Origin: an uncultured Dehalococcoidales bacterium
GTDB lineage: Bacteria; Chloroflexota; Dehalococcoidia; GIF9; AB-539-J10
DNA: 50,738 bases
Direction of reading: 5' to 3'
NCBI GenBank assembly: GCA_964474965.1
Contig: CAYYUO010000001.1
Span: 1-50,738, forward strand
A model generated the notes under the pieces. The model saw only the letters and a list, made by a program, of their open reading frames with translations, had not been told where the DNA came from and ran no database searches. Positions 9,852 to 18,221 of the stretch are shown here, piece after piece; position 1 is the first letter of the stretch, and the number at the start of each line of letters is the position of its first letter. The position numbers were made by a program, and so were the translations under genes.

Positions 9852-11023
9852 TGGCACTGGAGAGCGTTGTTAAGAAAACTAGTTTAGAGGATATTATCAG
9901 GGAGAGTAAGACCTTCTATTGCCTGGAGTGCGGCAAGTGTTCAAGTATATGTCCAATTTCCCGATATGACCCCTCTTACTCTCCGCGAGCGATGGTAGAA
10001 GATGCACTTCTGGGACTTGAAGGTGATCTGATCCACAATAAAGAGTTGTTTTCTTGTTTAACCTGCGGTGCCTGCCAACTCAAATGTCCCTCCGATGTCA
10101 ACTATCTTCTCTTCATCCGGAAGATGAGAGCTTTGGCCTCAAATAACGGCGAACATGGGGACTGCGCTCATTCCGGCACCATACAATCTCTAATTCGACT
10201 CATGGCAAATACTGGTGTAGAACAGAGGAGACTGGAATGGCTGTCTAATGGATACCGAACCTCTGACCAGAGCAAGGTTCTGTTTTGGGTTGGCTGTGCC
10301 CCTTACTTTGACCCTATCTTTGAAGACCTCGGGGTCAAAGTCACCGATGTTGCCAAAGGAAGCTTAAGAATACTCAATTCGTTGGGGGTAGAACCGATGC
10401 TGCTTCCCGACGAGAAATGCTGCGGGCATGATATGCTCTGGACCGGCGATGTAGAAACCTTTGAGAAACTGGCCCAGAGGAATGCAGCAATGATAAAGGA
10501 GGCGGGGGTGGAAAAGATAATCTTCTCCTGTCCCGAATGCTACCGCACATTTAAGGAAGATTATCCTAATTACGTAGAGATTGACTGCGAATTGCAGCAC
10601 ATCAGCGAGTTTCTGTCTGAGGCTATAGAAAAAGATGGCCTGAGGTTTAAAAAGATCAGGAAAAAGGTAACCTACCATGATCCCTGTAGATTGGGAAGGC
10701 ACCTGGGCGTTTATGAGCCGCCTAGGGAAGTAATCCAGGCCATCCCGGGCATAGAATTAGTTGAAATGGAACAGAGCAGGGAGGAATCTCTTTGCTGCGG
10801 CACCAGCGCCTTTACTAACTGTGACTCATATTCCAAGCGGATAAGAATTGAGAGATTGCTTGAGGCAAAAGCCACTGGTGCTGATACCCTTATAACCACC
10901 TGCCCTAAATGTCAAATTCACTTCAGGTGTGCCATGGTAAACAAGGGGGAGGAAAAGGGACCGGATATTGAGATTGAGGTTATGGACATGGTGAACCTGG
11001 TAGCAAATGCTTTGGAGGTTTAG
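9848..11023 (+). CDS. HdrD-like / fused HdrC-HdrB Fe-S protein, 391 aa (second copy)
   Basis: CLECGKCSSICP and CLTCGACQLKCP motifs, then CCG motifs (EKCCGHD, FSCPECY, HDPCRLGR, SLCCGTS, TCPKC). Confidence 0.8.
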   Translation: MMALESVVKKTSLEDIIRESKTFYCLECGKCSSICPISRYDPSYSPRAMVEDALLGLEGDLIHNKELFSCLTCGACQLKCPSDVNYLLFIRKMRALASNNGEHGDCAHSGTIQSLIRLMANTGVEQRRLEWLSNGYRTSDQSKVLFWVGCAPYFDPIFEDLGVKVTDVAKGSLRILNSLGVEPMLLPDEKCCGHDMLWTGDVETFEKLAQRNAAMIKEAGVEKIIFSCPECYRTFKEDYPNYVEIDCELQHISEFLSEAIEKDGLRFKKIRKKVTYHDPCRLGRHLGVYEPPREVIQAIPGIELVEMEQSREESLCCGTSAFTNCDSYSKRIRIERLLEAKATGADTLITTCPKCQIHFRCAMVNKGEEKGPDIEIEVMDMVNLVANALEV

Positions 11024-11027
11024 AACG

Positions 11028-13754
11028 ATGAGTGACTCTGTTTTGGTAATTGGTGGTGGCATAGCAGGTATTCAAGCTTCTATCGACCTGGCCAATATGG
11101 GCTTTCAAGTATATCTTGTGGAGAGGTCGCCCAGTATCGGCGGGAGGATGGCACAGCTGGATAAGACATTCCCTACCAATGATTGTGCCATGTGTATTCT
11201 AGCCCCTAAGATGATCGAGTGTTATAGACACCGGAACATCAGGGTATTGAGTTACTCCGAAGTTGCTGCGGTAGAGGGTGAGTTGGGTAATTTCGAAGTC
11301 GAGATACTAAAGAAACCCGGATATGTTGATGAGACCAAGTGCACCGGCTGTGGAGAATGTGCCCAAGTTTGCCCGGTCGAACTGAAAAACGAATTCGACC
11401 AGGGAATCGGCAACAGAAAAGCAATATACAAGCCTTTTGCCCAAGCTATTCCCAACATTTACGTCATTGACAAAAGGGGGACAGCGCCCTGTAAGGCAGC
11501 CTGTCCTGTGGGTCTGGATATCCAGGGATATATTGCTCTCATTTCTCAGGGTAAATTTAAAGAGGCCTTTCATCTCATCAGGCAAAAGGTTATCCTACCG
11601 GCTACCGTTGGCAGGGTATGCACTCACCCGTGTGAGACAGAATGTAATCGTGGGAAAGTGGATGAACCAATTGCTATCGCTGCTCTGAAAAGGTTCGTGG
11701 CTGACCATGAACTGGATACAAGGACAGAGGAGATAGCACCTGCCCCCCGGACACAAGATGCGAAGGTGGCTGTTGTCGGTTCCGGGCCGGCTGGCTTAAC
11801 TGCGGCTAACGACCTGGTTCTTATGGGCTATGGAGTGACTATTTTCGAGGCATTACCTGTTCCCGGTGGTATGCTGGCAGTGGGTATCCCTGACTATCGC
11901 CTGCCTAAGGAAATGCTTAAAAGGGAAATCGAGGATATCCAGAAGCTTGGAGTGGAGATAAGGCTTAACAGTCCCGTGGGTAAAAAAGGTCTAAAACTAG
12001 ATGACCTTTGGCAAGAGGGTTACAAGGCGATTTTCATCGCCGTAGGGGCCCACAAAAGTGCCAATCTTGATATTCCCGGCGAAGGCTTTGAAGGCGTCTA
12101 TCACGGTGTTTCCTTTCTAAGAGATGTCAACCTTGGGAAGAAGGTTACACCGGGCGAAAAGATAGCAGTAGTCGGCGGCGGTAATGTAGCCATCGATGCT
12201 GCCCGAACAGCTCTCAGGCTCGGCTCCAGAGAAGTAACCATCGTATATCGTAGGTCCAGACATGAGATGCCGGCAAATGAAGAGGAGATAGTGGAGGCTG
12301 AGCATGAGGGGATCAAAATTCAATACCTGGTTACCCCGGTAAGAATTTTGGGAGAGGATGGAAGAGTATCAGGTATGGAGTGTATTAAGATGGAACTCGG
12401 GGCGCCCGATGCCAGCGGTAGGAGACAGCCTATAGCTATAGAAGGCTCGCAGTTTACTATAGACGTGGACACGGTTATCCTGGCCATTGGGCAGAGCCCC
12501 GACCTTTCGCTGCTTCCTAAGGATAGTAGATTCCAGGTATCGCCCAGAGGGACATTGGCAGTTGATGATAATAGCCTGGCCACCAGTATGCCCGGGGTAT
12601 TCGCCGGTGGAGATGCTGTGCTTGGGCCAGCCACCGTAGTACAGGCCATAGCAGCAGGACATAGAGCAGCCACCGCCATTGACAGCTATCTGAGAGACGA
12701 GATGATTCCACCTGAACAAGAACCACTCCCGATTACAACCATTGAGGATGTGGACTTGAGGGGCAAAGAGCAGAAAAATCGCGTGGCAATGCCTACCGTG
12801 GCCCCTAAGAAGAGGTTAACCGATTTTAGAGAGGTGAACCTCGGTCTCAGCGCAAAAATGGCGATAGAGGAAGCAAAGAGGTGCCTGAACTGTGGTGGCT
12901 GTTCTGGATGCCGGGAATGTGAAAAGGTCTGCCAGGCTAAGGCTATAAACCACGAAATGAAGGAGGAATTCCTGAGACTGAATGTCGGTGCCATTATCCT
13001 GGCTACTGGTTTCGACTTCTACGACGTTTCAAAACTTGGAGAATATGGTTATGGAAGGATAGCCAATGTTATCACTGCTATTGAGTATGAAAGATTAACA
13101 TCAGCTTCCGGCCCTACATGTGGTGAACTCAAGCGCCCTTCAGATGGCAATATTCCGTCCAATATAGCCTTCATCCAGTGTGTTGGCTCCCGCGACTTCA
13201 ATAACATGCCATATTGCTCCAGCGTATGCTGTATGCATGCTATTAAGGAAGCCATACTAGCCTATGAACATCATCCCGGGACAAAATCTACTATCTTTTA
13301 TATGGATTTGAGAGCGGTGGGGAAACGGTTTCAGGAATATGTTACCAGAGCTAAGGAAGAATACAACGTAACATATATCAGAGGTCGCCCCGGGAGAATT
13401 GCTCTCAATACCACTAATGGCAACCCGATCATCTGGTATGAGAACACTACTACCGGGGAAACGAAGACTTTTGAGGCAGAGCTGGTGATTCTCTCCCAGG
13501 CTTTGATTCCGTCTAAAGGCATTGAAGAGTTAGCCAGCATATTGGGCATAAGTCTAGACAAGTACGGGTTCGCTGAAATTCCAGATAAGCTGTTCTCTCC
13601 TCTCGACACCACTAGACCGGGTATCTTTGCCTGTGGCTATGCTCATAGTCCAAGAGATATCCCTGACTCTGTCGTTCAAGGTTCGGCAGCGGCAGATAGA
13701 GCTGCTGAAGCTACAACAGCTAGAACGCCTAGCTTTGTAGCGGGAGGTGTTTGA
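11028..13754 (+). CDS. HdrA-like flavoprotein with an inserted GltD/NfnB-type NAD(P)H:FAD oxidoreductase module (HdrL-like), 908 aa
   Basis: HdrA N-part (VIGGGIAGIQASIDL, NDCAMCILAPKM, CTGCGECAQVCP). Then a full GltD-like unit (PCKAACPV...CTHPCETECNRG, VVGSGPAGLTAA, VVGGGNVAIDAAR, VFAGGDAV). Then the HdrA continuation (ATGFDFYD, CVGSRD, YCSSVCCMH). Start moved to ATG 11028, which follows SD GGAGG. Confidence 0.82.
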   Translation: MSDSVLVIGGGIAGIQASIDLANMGFQVYLVERSPSIGGRMAQLDKTFPTNDCAMCILAPKMIECYRHRNIRVLSYSEVAAVEGELGNFEVEILKKPGYVDETKCTGCGECAQVCPVELKNEFDQGIGNRKAIYKPFAQAIPNIYVIDKRGTAPCKAACPVGLDIQGYIALISQGKFKEAFHLIRQKVILPATVGRVCTHPCETECNRGKVDEPIAIAALKRFVADHELDTRTEEIAPAPRTQDAKVAVVGSGPAGLTAANDLVLMGYGVTIFEALPVPGGMLAVGIPDYRLPKEMLKREIEDIQKLGVEIRLNSPVGKKGLKLDDLWQEGYKAIFIAVGAHKSANLDIPGEGFEGVYHGVSFLRDVNLGKKVTPGEKIAVVGGGNVAIDAARTALRLGSREVTIVYRRSRHEMPANEEEIVEAEHEGIKIQYLVTPVRILGEDGRVSGMECIKMELGAPDASGRRQPIAIEGSQFTIDVDTVILAIGQSPDLSLLPKDSRFQVSPRGTLAVDDNSLATSMPGVFAGGDAVLGPATVVQAIAAGHRAATAIDSYLRDEMIPPEQEPLPITTIEDVDLRGKEQKNRVAMPTVAPKKRLTDFREVNLGLSAKMAIEEAKRCLNCGGCSGCRECEKVCQAKAINHEMKEEFLRLNVGAIILATGFDFYDVSKLGEYGYGRIANVITAIEYERLTSASGPTCGELKRPSDGNIPSNIAFIQCVGSRDFNNMPYCSSVCCMHAIKEAILAYEHHPGTKSTIFYMDLRAVGKRFQEYVTRAKEEYNVTYIRGRPGRIALNTTNGNPIIWYENTTTGETKTFEAELVILSQALIPSKGIEELASILGISLDKYGFAEIPDKLFSPLDTTRPGIFACGYAHSPRDIPDSVVQGSAAADRAAEATTARTPSFVAGGV

Positions 13755-13755
13755 C

Positions 13756-15435
13756 ATGTCTGATGTTCGCATTGGTGTCTTTGTATGTCACTGTGGCCGC
13801 AATATCGGCGCGTATATAGATGTCCCCCAAGTGACAGAGTACGCCAGAGGGCTGCCAAATGTGGTACATGCCGAGCACAACCTATTCACCTGTTCCGTGG
13901 AGGGAACCTCGGCAATAAAGAAGGCAACAGCGGAACACAATCTTAACCGGGTTGTAGTAGCCTCATGCACCCCCAGAACGCATGAGACACTCTTCAGGTC
14001 TATTTGCGAGGAGGCCGGGCTAAACAAATACCTGTTCGAGATGGCTAATATAAGAGATCAATGTTCTTGGATACATATGGAGTATCCCAAGGAAGCCACG
14101 GAAAAAGCTAAGGGACTTGTCGCGTCGGCGGTTGCCAAGGCTCGACTACTCGAGCCATTAGAAGAGATTGAGATAGAGGTGCTGCCATCCTGTCTGGTAA
14201 TTGGTGGCGGCATAGCCGGGATGACCGCGGCTTTAAACCTGGCAGATCAAGGTTTCCATGTCAACCTGGTGGAGAAGGAAACAGAGCTTGGCGGCAACCT
14301 GTCGACCCTACATAAGCTTTTCCCTACCAATCAGGATGCAAAGGAATTAATTACCCCTCTCATACGCCAAGTGAAGGAACATGACAAAATAAGTACCTAC
14401 CTCAGTGTAAAGGTCAAGGCAGTAACCGGGTTCATAGGTAATTACGATGTTACCCTAGACCATGAAGGTGAGGAGATCAAGCTTAAGGCGGGGACAATCA
14501 TAGTTGCCGTCGGGGCTGAGGAATTCAAGCCAACAGGACAATATGGTTACGGGGAAATGACGGGAGTACTCACTCAACTGGAGCTAGAAAAGCAGATGAA
14601 AGAGGGCAATGTTGATGGACAAAACATCGTGATGATCAACTGTGTGGGCAGTCGTACCGCCGAAAGATCATACTGCAGCCGATTTTGTTGCGTAGCTGCC
14701 ATAAAGAATGCCGCCCTCATCAAGGAAAACAACCCGGCGGCAAATGTGTGGATTCTACATCGTGATTTGATGGCTTATGGCGTAGACTTCGAAGACTACT
14801 ACCGCAAGGCTCAAGAAGCGGGCGTCAGATTCATCCGTTATGATCTGGCAAGGCCGCCTGAGGTTATCGGGAATGGGCATGTTGAAGGGGTAAGAGTATA
14901 CCATCAGCTAAGGCAAAGCGAGCTGGAGCTCCCTTGTGACAAGGTTGTGCTCACGACCCCCCTTGTTCCTCGCAGTGACAACGATGAGATAAGCAAGATA
15001 CTGAAGGTCCCCTTGAGCCAGGAAGGTTTCTTCATGGAGGCACATCTCAAGTTACGTCCCGTAGAGTTTGCTACCGATGGCATCTTCATATGTGGTTCGG
15101 CCCGCTGGCCGGTAGAAGTGAGCGAGGCCATCTTCCAAGGTTATGCTGCTGCAGCAAAGGCAGCAATACCTATGAGAATGGGCTACGTGAAACCCGAGGC
15201 TATAACTGCTTGCGTAGATAAGGGACGCTGTGCGGGGTGTGGTATCTGCGCTACTTTGTGCCCGTATAACGCGATTGAGCTGAAGTCAGATAATGGTAAA
15301 AAGAGTTCGAGTGTAATTACTGCATTATGTAAAGGTTGCGGAACCTGTGCCGCCGCCTGTCCCTCTGGGGCAATATCAATGGACCACTTCAAAACTGAAC
15401 AGATTGTGGCACAAATAGAAGCACTGTTCAAGTAG
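13756..15435 (+). CDS. hdrA: Heterodisulfide reductase subunit A-like flavoprotein, 559 aa (third paralogue)
   Basis: IGVFVCHCGRNIGA, VIGGGIAGMTAALNL, CVGSRT..SYCSRFCCVAA and C-terminal CAGCGICATLCP / CKGCGTCAAACP. ATG lies 1 nt after the upstream stop, with SD GGGAGG. Confidence 0.85.
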   Translation: MSDVRIGVFVCHCGRNIGAYIDVPQVTEYARGLPNVVHAEHNLFTCSVEGTSAIKKATAEHNLNRVVVASCTPRTHETLFRSICEEAGLNKYLFEMANIRDQCSWIHMEYPKEATEKAKGLVASAVAKARLLEPLEEIEIEVLPSCLVIGGGIAGMTAALNLADQGFHVNLVEKETELGGNLSTLHKLFPTNQDAKELITPLIRQVKEHDKISTYLSVKVKAVTGFIGNYDVTLDHEGEEIKLKAGTIIVAVGAEEFKPTGQYGYGEMTGVLTQLELEKQMKEGNVDGQNIVMINCVGSRTAERSYCSRFCCVAAIKNAALIKENNPAANVWILHRDLMAYGVDFEDYYRKAQEAGVRFIRYDLARPPEVIGNGHVEGVRVYHQLRQSELELPCDKVVLTTPLVPRSDNDEISKILKVPLSQEGFFMEAHLKLRPVEFATDGIFICGSARWPVEVSEAIFQGYAAAAKAAIPMRMGYVKPEAITACVDKGRCAGCGICATLCPYNAIELKSDNGKKSSSVITALCKGCGTCAAACPSGAISMDHFKTEQIVAQIEALFK

Positions 15436-15515
15436 GCTATTCAGGATATAGATTACATAGACCGAATCCAACCGAACCGATAGCTCCGACTATGAATTAT
15501 GTTCAGGATGCTCGA

Positions 15516-15544
15516 TTGAAGTTATAAGGAATGTAAGTTACAAT
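15516..15544 (+). promoter_or_regulatory. Candidate sigma70-type promoter of the two-component operon
   Basis: TTGAAG-17 nt-TACAAT, 26 nt upstream of the response-regulator ATG (by eye). Confidence 0.45.
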
Positions 15545-15570
15545 TAAAAGTGGAAATAGCTTGAGACGTC

Positions 15571-16236
15571 ATGGATAAGACCAAGGTTCTGCTCGCTGAG
15601 GATCATATAGTAGTGCGAGAAGGCACTCGTGAGCTTATACAGCGTCAACCGGACATGGAAGTCGTTGGTGAAGCCAGCGACGGTGAAGAAGCAGTGGCGC
15701 TGACCGCCAAGCTGCGCCCGAATGTAGTGATAATGGACATCGCCATGCCCAAGCTCAATGGCATAGAGGCTACCAAGCAGATAAAGCAGCACAACCCGGC
15801 TGTAGCAGTGCTGGTACTCACTGCCTATCCTAATGAGGAGTACGTCTTTGCCCTCTTGGAGGCAGGAGCAGCTGGCTACTTGCTCAAGAACGTGCGGGGA
15901 AGCCAATTTATTGATGCTATTCGGGCAGTAAACAGTGGGGAGTCGGTGCTCCATCCTACAATTGCCCGCAGGGTTATAGAACGACTAACATCCCCGGCTA
16001 ACAGTAGCACCGAGGCACAGGCAACCGAGCCCCTGAGTGAGCGCGAGTTGGATGTATTGAAGTTAGCCGCCAAAGGCATAAGCAATAAGGATATTGCCGA
16101 GCAATTATTCCTAAGCCCACGCACGGTCCAGGTCCATCTGGGACACATCTTTACCAAGCTGGGCGTAGCCTCGCGCACTGAGGCTGTATTATACGGCTTG
16201 AGAAGAGGCTGGTTGATGCTCGAAGACCTTCCCTGA
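15571..16236 (+). CDS. NarL/FixJ-family response regulator (REC + LuxR-type HTH), 221 aa
   Basis: VLLAEDH...VVIMDIAMPKLNG receiver motifs. C-terminal LSERELDVLKLAAKGISNKDIAEQLFLSPRTVQVHLGHIFTKLGV. Confidence 0.92.
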   Translation: MDKTKVLLAEDHIVVREGTRELIQRQPDMEVVGEASDGEEAVALTAKLRPNVVIMDIAMPKLNGIEATKQIKQHNPAVAVLVLTAYPNEEYVFALLEAGAAGYLLKNVRGSQFIDAIRAVNSGESVLHPTIARRVIERLTSPANSSTEAQATEPLSERELDVLKLAAKGISNKDIAEQLFLSPRTVQVHLGHIFTKLGVASRTEAVLYGLRRGWLMLEDLP

Positions 16237-16274
16237 TCTGTGCCCGGTTCAAATACTTGAGGGTTGTTACGCAG

Positions 16275-17720
16275 ATGGCTCGATATCTACCAGCCCGGGT
16301 GCTAAAGGTTGTGCGTAATCCCCATTTCTGGGCTGTGGCGGCAATGTTTGCCATTGTCACAGTCTTCCAATACTCGCAACAGACGCTAGGCACAGATTTA
16401 CCATTCCCAGGTCTAAGTCGACATAGTGTAGAACGAGTTTTCCTCCTCGCTCCTGTAACTTATGCCGGTTTTTTCCTTGGCACAAGGGCAGGTATAGCTA
16501 GTTTAGCGGTGGCGTGCGCCATTATGTTGCCCCGGGCCATTTTTATCTCTCCCCACCCCGGCGATGCTTTGCTTGAAAGCGCCGGTGTTGTTGCCATTGG
16601 TGCTGTTGTGAACTTGTTGTTCTATTTGTTTCGAAAGGAAAGGAATCGCTCCCAACAAGCCCTTTCAGCACTGGAAACAGCTAACCAGGAAGTTCGAGAG
16701 TCGCAGGAAAGCTATAAGGGCTTGTTCGAAGGTGCCTATGACGCCATCTGGGTTTATGATTTGGAAGGTAACATTCAATCGGCAAACAAGGCAGCTGCCA
16801 GACTAAACGGTTACCCTGTGGAAGAGTTACTGAGGATGAACATAAGGTCGTTCCTCAGTGATGAAAGCTTACACCTGGCAAGAGAGGTTCAAGATAAGTT
16901 AACTAGAAATGAACCGGCAGCCATGCCCTACGAACAAAGGATAATTAAGAAAGATGGCTCAGAGGCAATATGTCTGCTTGCCACCAGCTTGATTTCCAGT
17001 AATGGTGAGCCAAAGGGTTTTCAGAGTATCGCCAGAGATGTAACTGAAGAGAAGCGAATGCAAGAGAATTTACGCTATTATTTGCAGCAGATTACCAAAG
17101 CTCAGGAGGAGGAGCGGAGGCGTATGGCACGAGAGCTTCATGACGATACAGCCCAACAATTGGTGGTACTCGCACGCAGGTTGGATAACCTTCTTTGTAA
17201 TGCCGACCGTTTATCCCAGCAGGATATTACATTCCTGGAGGGGGTAAGACAGCAAACCGATGAGATATTGGATGGAGTGCATCGTTTTTGCCAGGACCTG
17301 CGACCCTCAGTACTGGATGACCTGGGTCTCCTGCCGGCGCTGCAATCGCTGACCTCCGACCTAACGGAGCACTTTGGAATACCTATTGCCATGGGTAGTG
17401 CCGGCTCTGTGCGGCGTTTGTCTCCCGAGATAGAATTGATACTATTCCGTATCGCTCAAGAAGGACTAAGGAACATGTGCCGGCATTCAAAGGCATCCAG
17501 ATGCTGGATCATGATAGAATTCAGCAATGATAAGGTCGTTTTAAATGTTAAAGACAATGGCCGGGGCTTTAAGTTGCCGGATAGGGTAGAAGACCTGGCC
17601 GCTGTTGGCAAGCTTGGGCTTGCTGGGATGCAAGAGCGGGCCCGACTTATCGGTGGCAAGCTAACAATAGAGTCAAAGCCAGGCAAAGGGACAACCGTGA
17701 GCGTGGAGATCCCAATTTAG
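16275..17720 (+). CDS. Membrane sensor histidine kinase (TM region + PAS + HisKA_3 + HATPase_c), 481 aa
   Basis: Hydrophobic N-terminal ~120 aa. PAS-like region (YKGLFEGAYDAIWVYDLEGN). H-box RMARELHDDTAQQL. ATPase motifs DNGRGF and GLAGMQERA..GG. Start taken at ATG 16275 rather than the track TTG at 16257. Confidence 0.88.
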   Translation: MARYLPARVLKVVRNPHFWAVAAMFAIVTVFQYSQQTLGTDLPFPGLSRHSVERVFLLAPVTYAGFFLGTRAGIASLAVACAIMLPRAIFISPHPGDALLESAGVVAIGAVVNLLFYLFRKERNRSQQALSALETANQEVRESQESYKGLFEGAYDAIWVYDLEGNIQSANKAAARLNGYPVEELLRMNIRSFLSDESLHLAREVQDKLTRNEPAAMPYEQRIIKKDGSEAICLLATSLISSNGEPKGFQSIARDVTEEKRMQENLRYYLQQITKAQEEERRRMARELHDDTAQQLVVLARRLDNLLCNADRLSQQDITFLEGVRQQTDEILDGVHRFCQDLRPSVLDDLGLLPALQSLTSDLTEHFGIPIAMGSAGSVRRLSPEIELILFRIAQEGLRNMCRHSKASRCWIMIEFSNDKVVLNVKDNGRGFKLPDRVEDLAAVGKLGLAGMQERARLIGGKLTIESKPGKGTTVSVEIPI

Positions 17721-17886
17721 GACAGCCTGGGACACTTTGAGTTTAACATTTACTAGTTGGATATATAAGCGCAAATATCAAGGAAAGGTCTGCCAGGGGA
17801 CACGAGGATTTGCTCACTTGTGGTCCCATTGTTTTAATAGGAATCCACTACCTGAATTCCAAGCGTCTTTAGCCAGACTAGGATAA

Positions 17887-18216
17887 CAGCAGCAATCGTA
17901 GTCTGCCTTACCGAGTACTTCAATAAACTCGATCTCTCGATGGCGTAGTCATACCGGCTTATTTCAAGCGTACTTTACTAAGTGAAGTTACTTACAGAAT
18001 GGCTTTTAAATTAAGTCTTTTCAGCAGTCAAAAATAAGCTCTGAATCAGATGGCAAGTATCAGGCAAGGTGATAAGCTAGAAATAAAGGCAGAGCCAGTC
18101 CTGAGATTTTTCAGCACAGCTCATGTCAATAAAGAGGACAAAGAGAATGGCAACGAGGGGATATTTTATGATCACTGTGACGGAGGGTTTCTACCGAAAT
18201 TATTACCAGAATGTGC
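17887..18216 (+). repeat. Copy B of the 330-bp dispersed direct repeat (partner 5078..5407)
   Basis: See copy A: 197 bp identical, then ~85% identity through a truncated RAM-gene 5' end. Confidence 0.95.
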
Positions 18217-18221
18217 ACTGA
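18147..18221 (+). pseudogene. 24-codon 5' stub of a RAM-domain gene (MATRGYFMITVTEGFYRNYYQNVH*); possible uORF overlapping the acs start
   Basis: First 11 codons are identical to 5338.. . The SD is degraded (AAAGGAGGC -> AAAGAGGAC). The stop at 18219-18221 overlaps the acs ATG (18211) by 11 nt. Confidence 0.6.
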
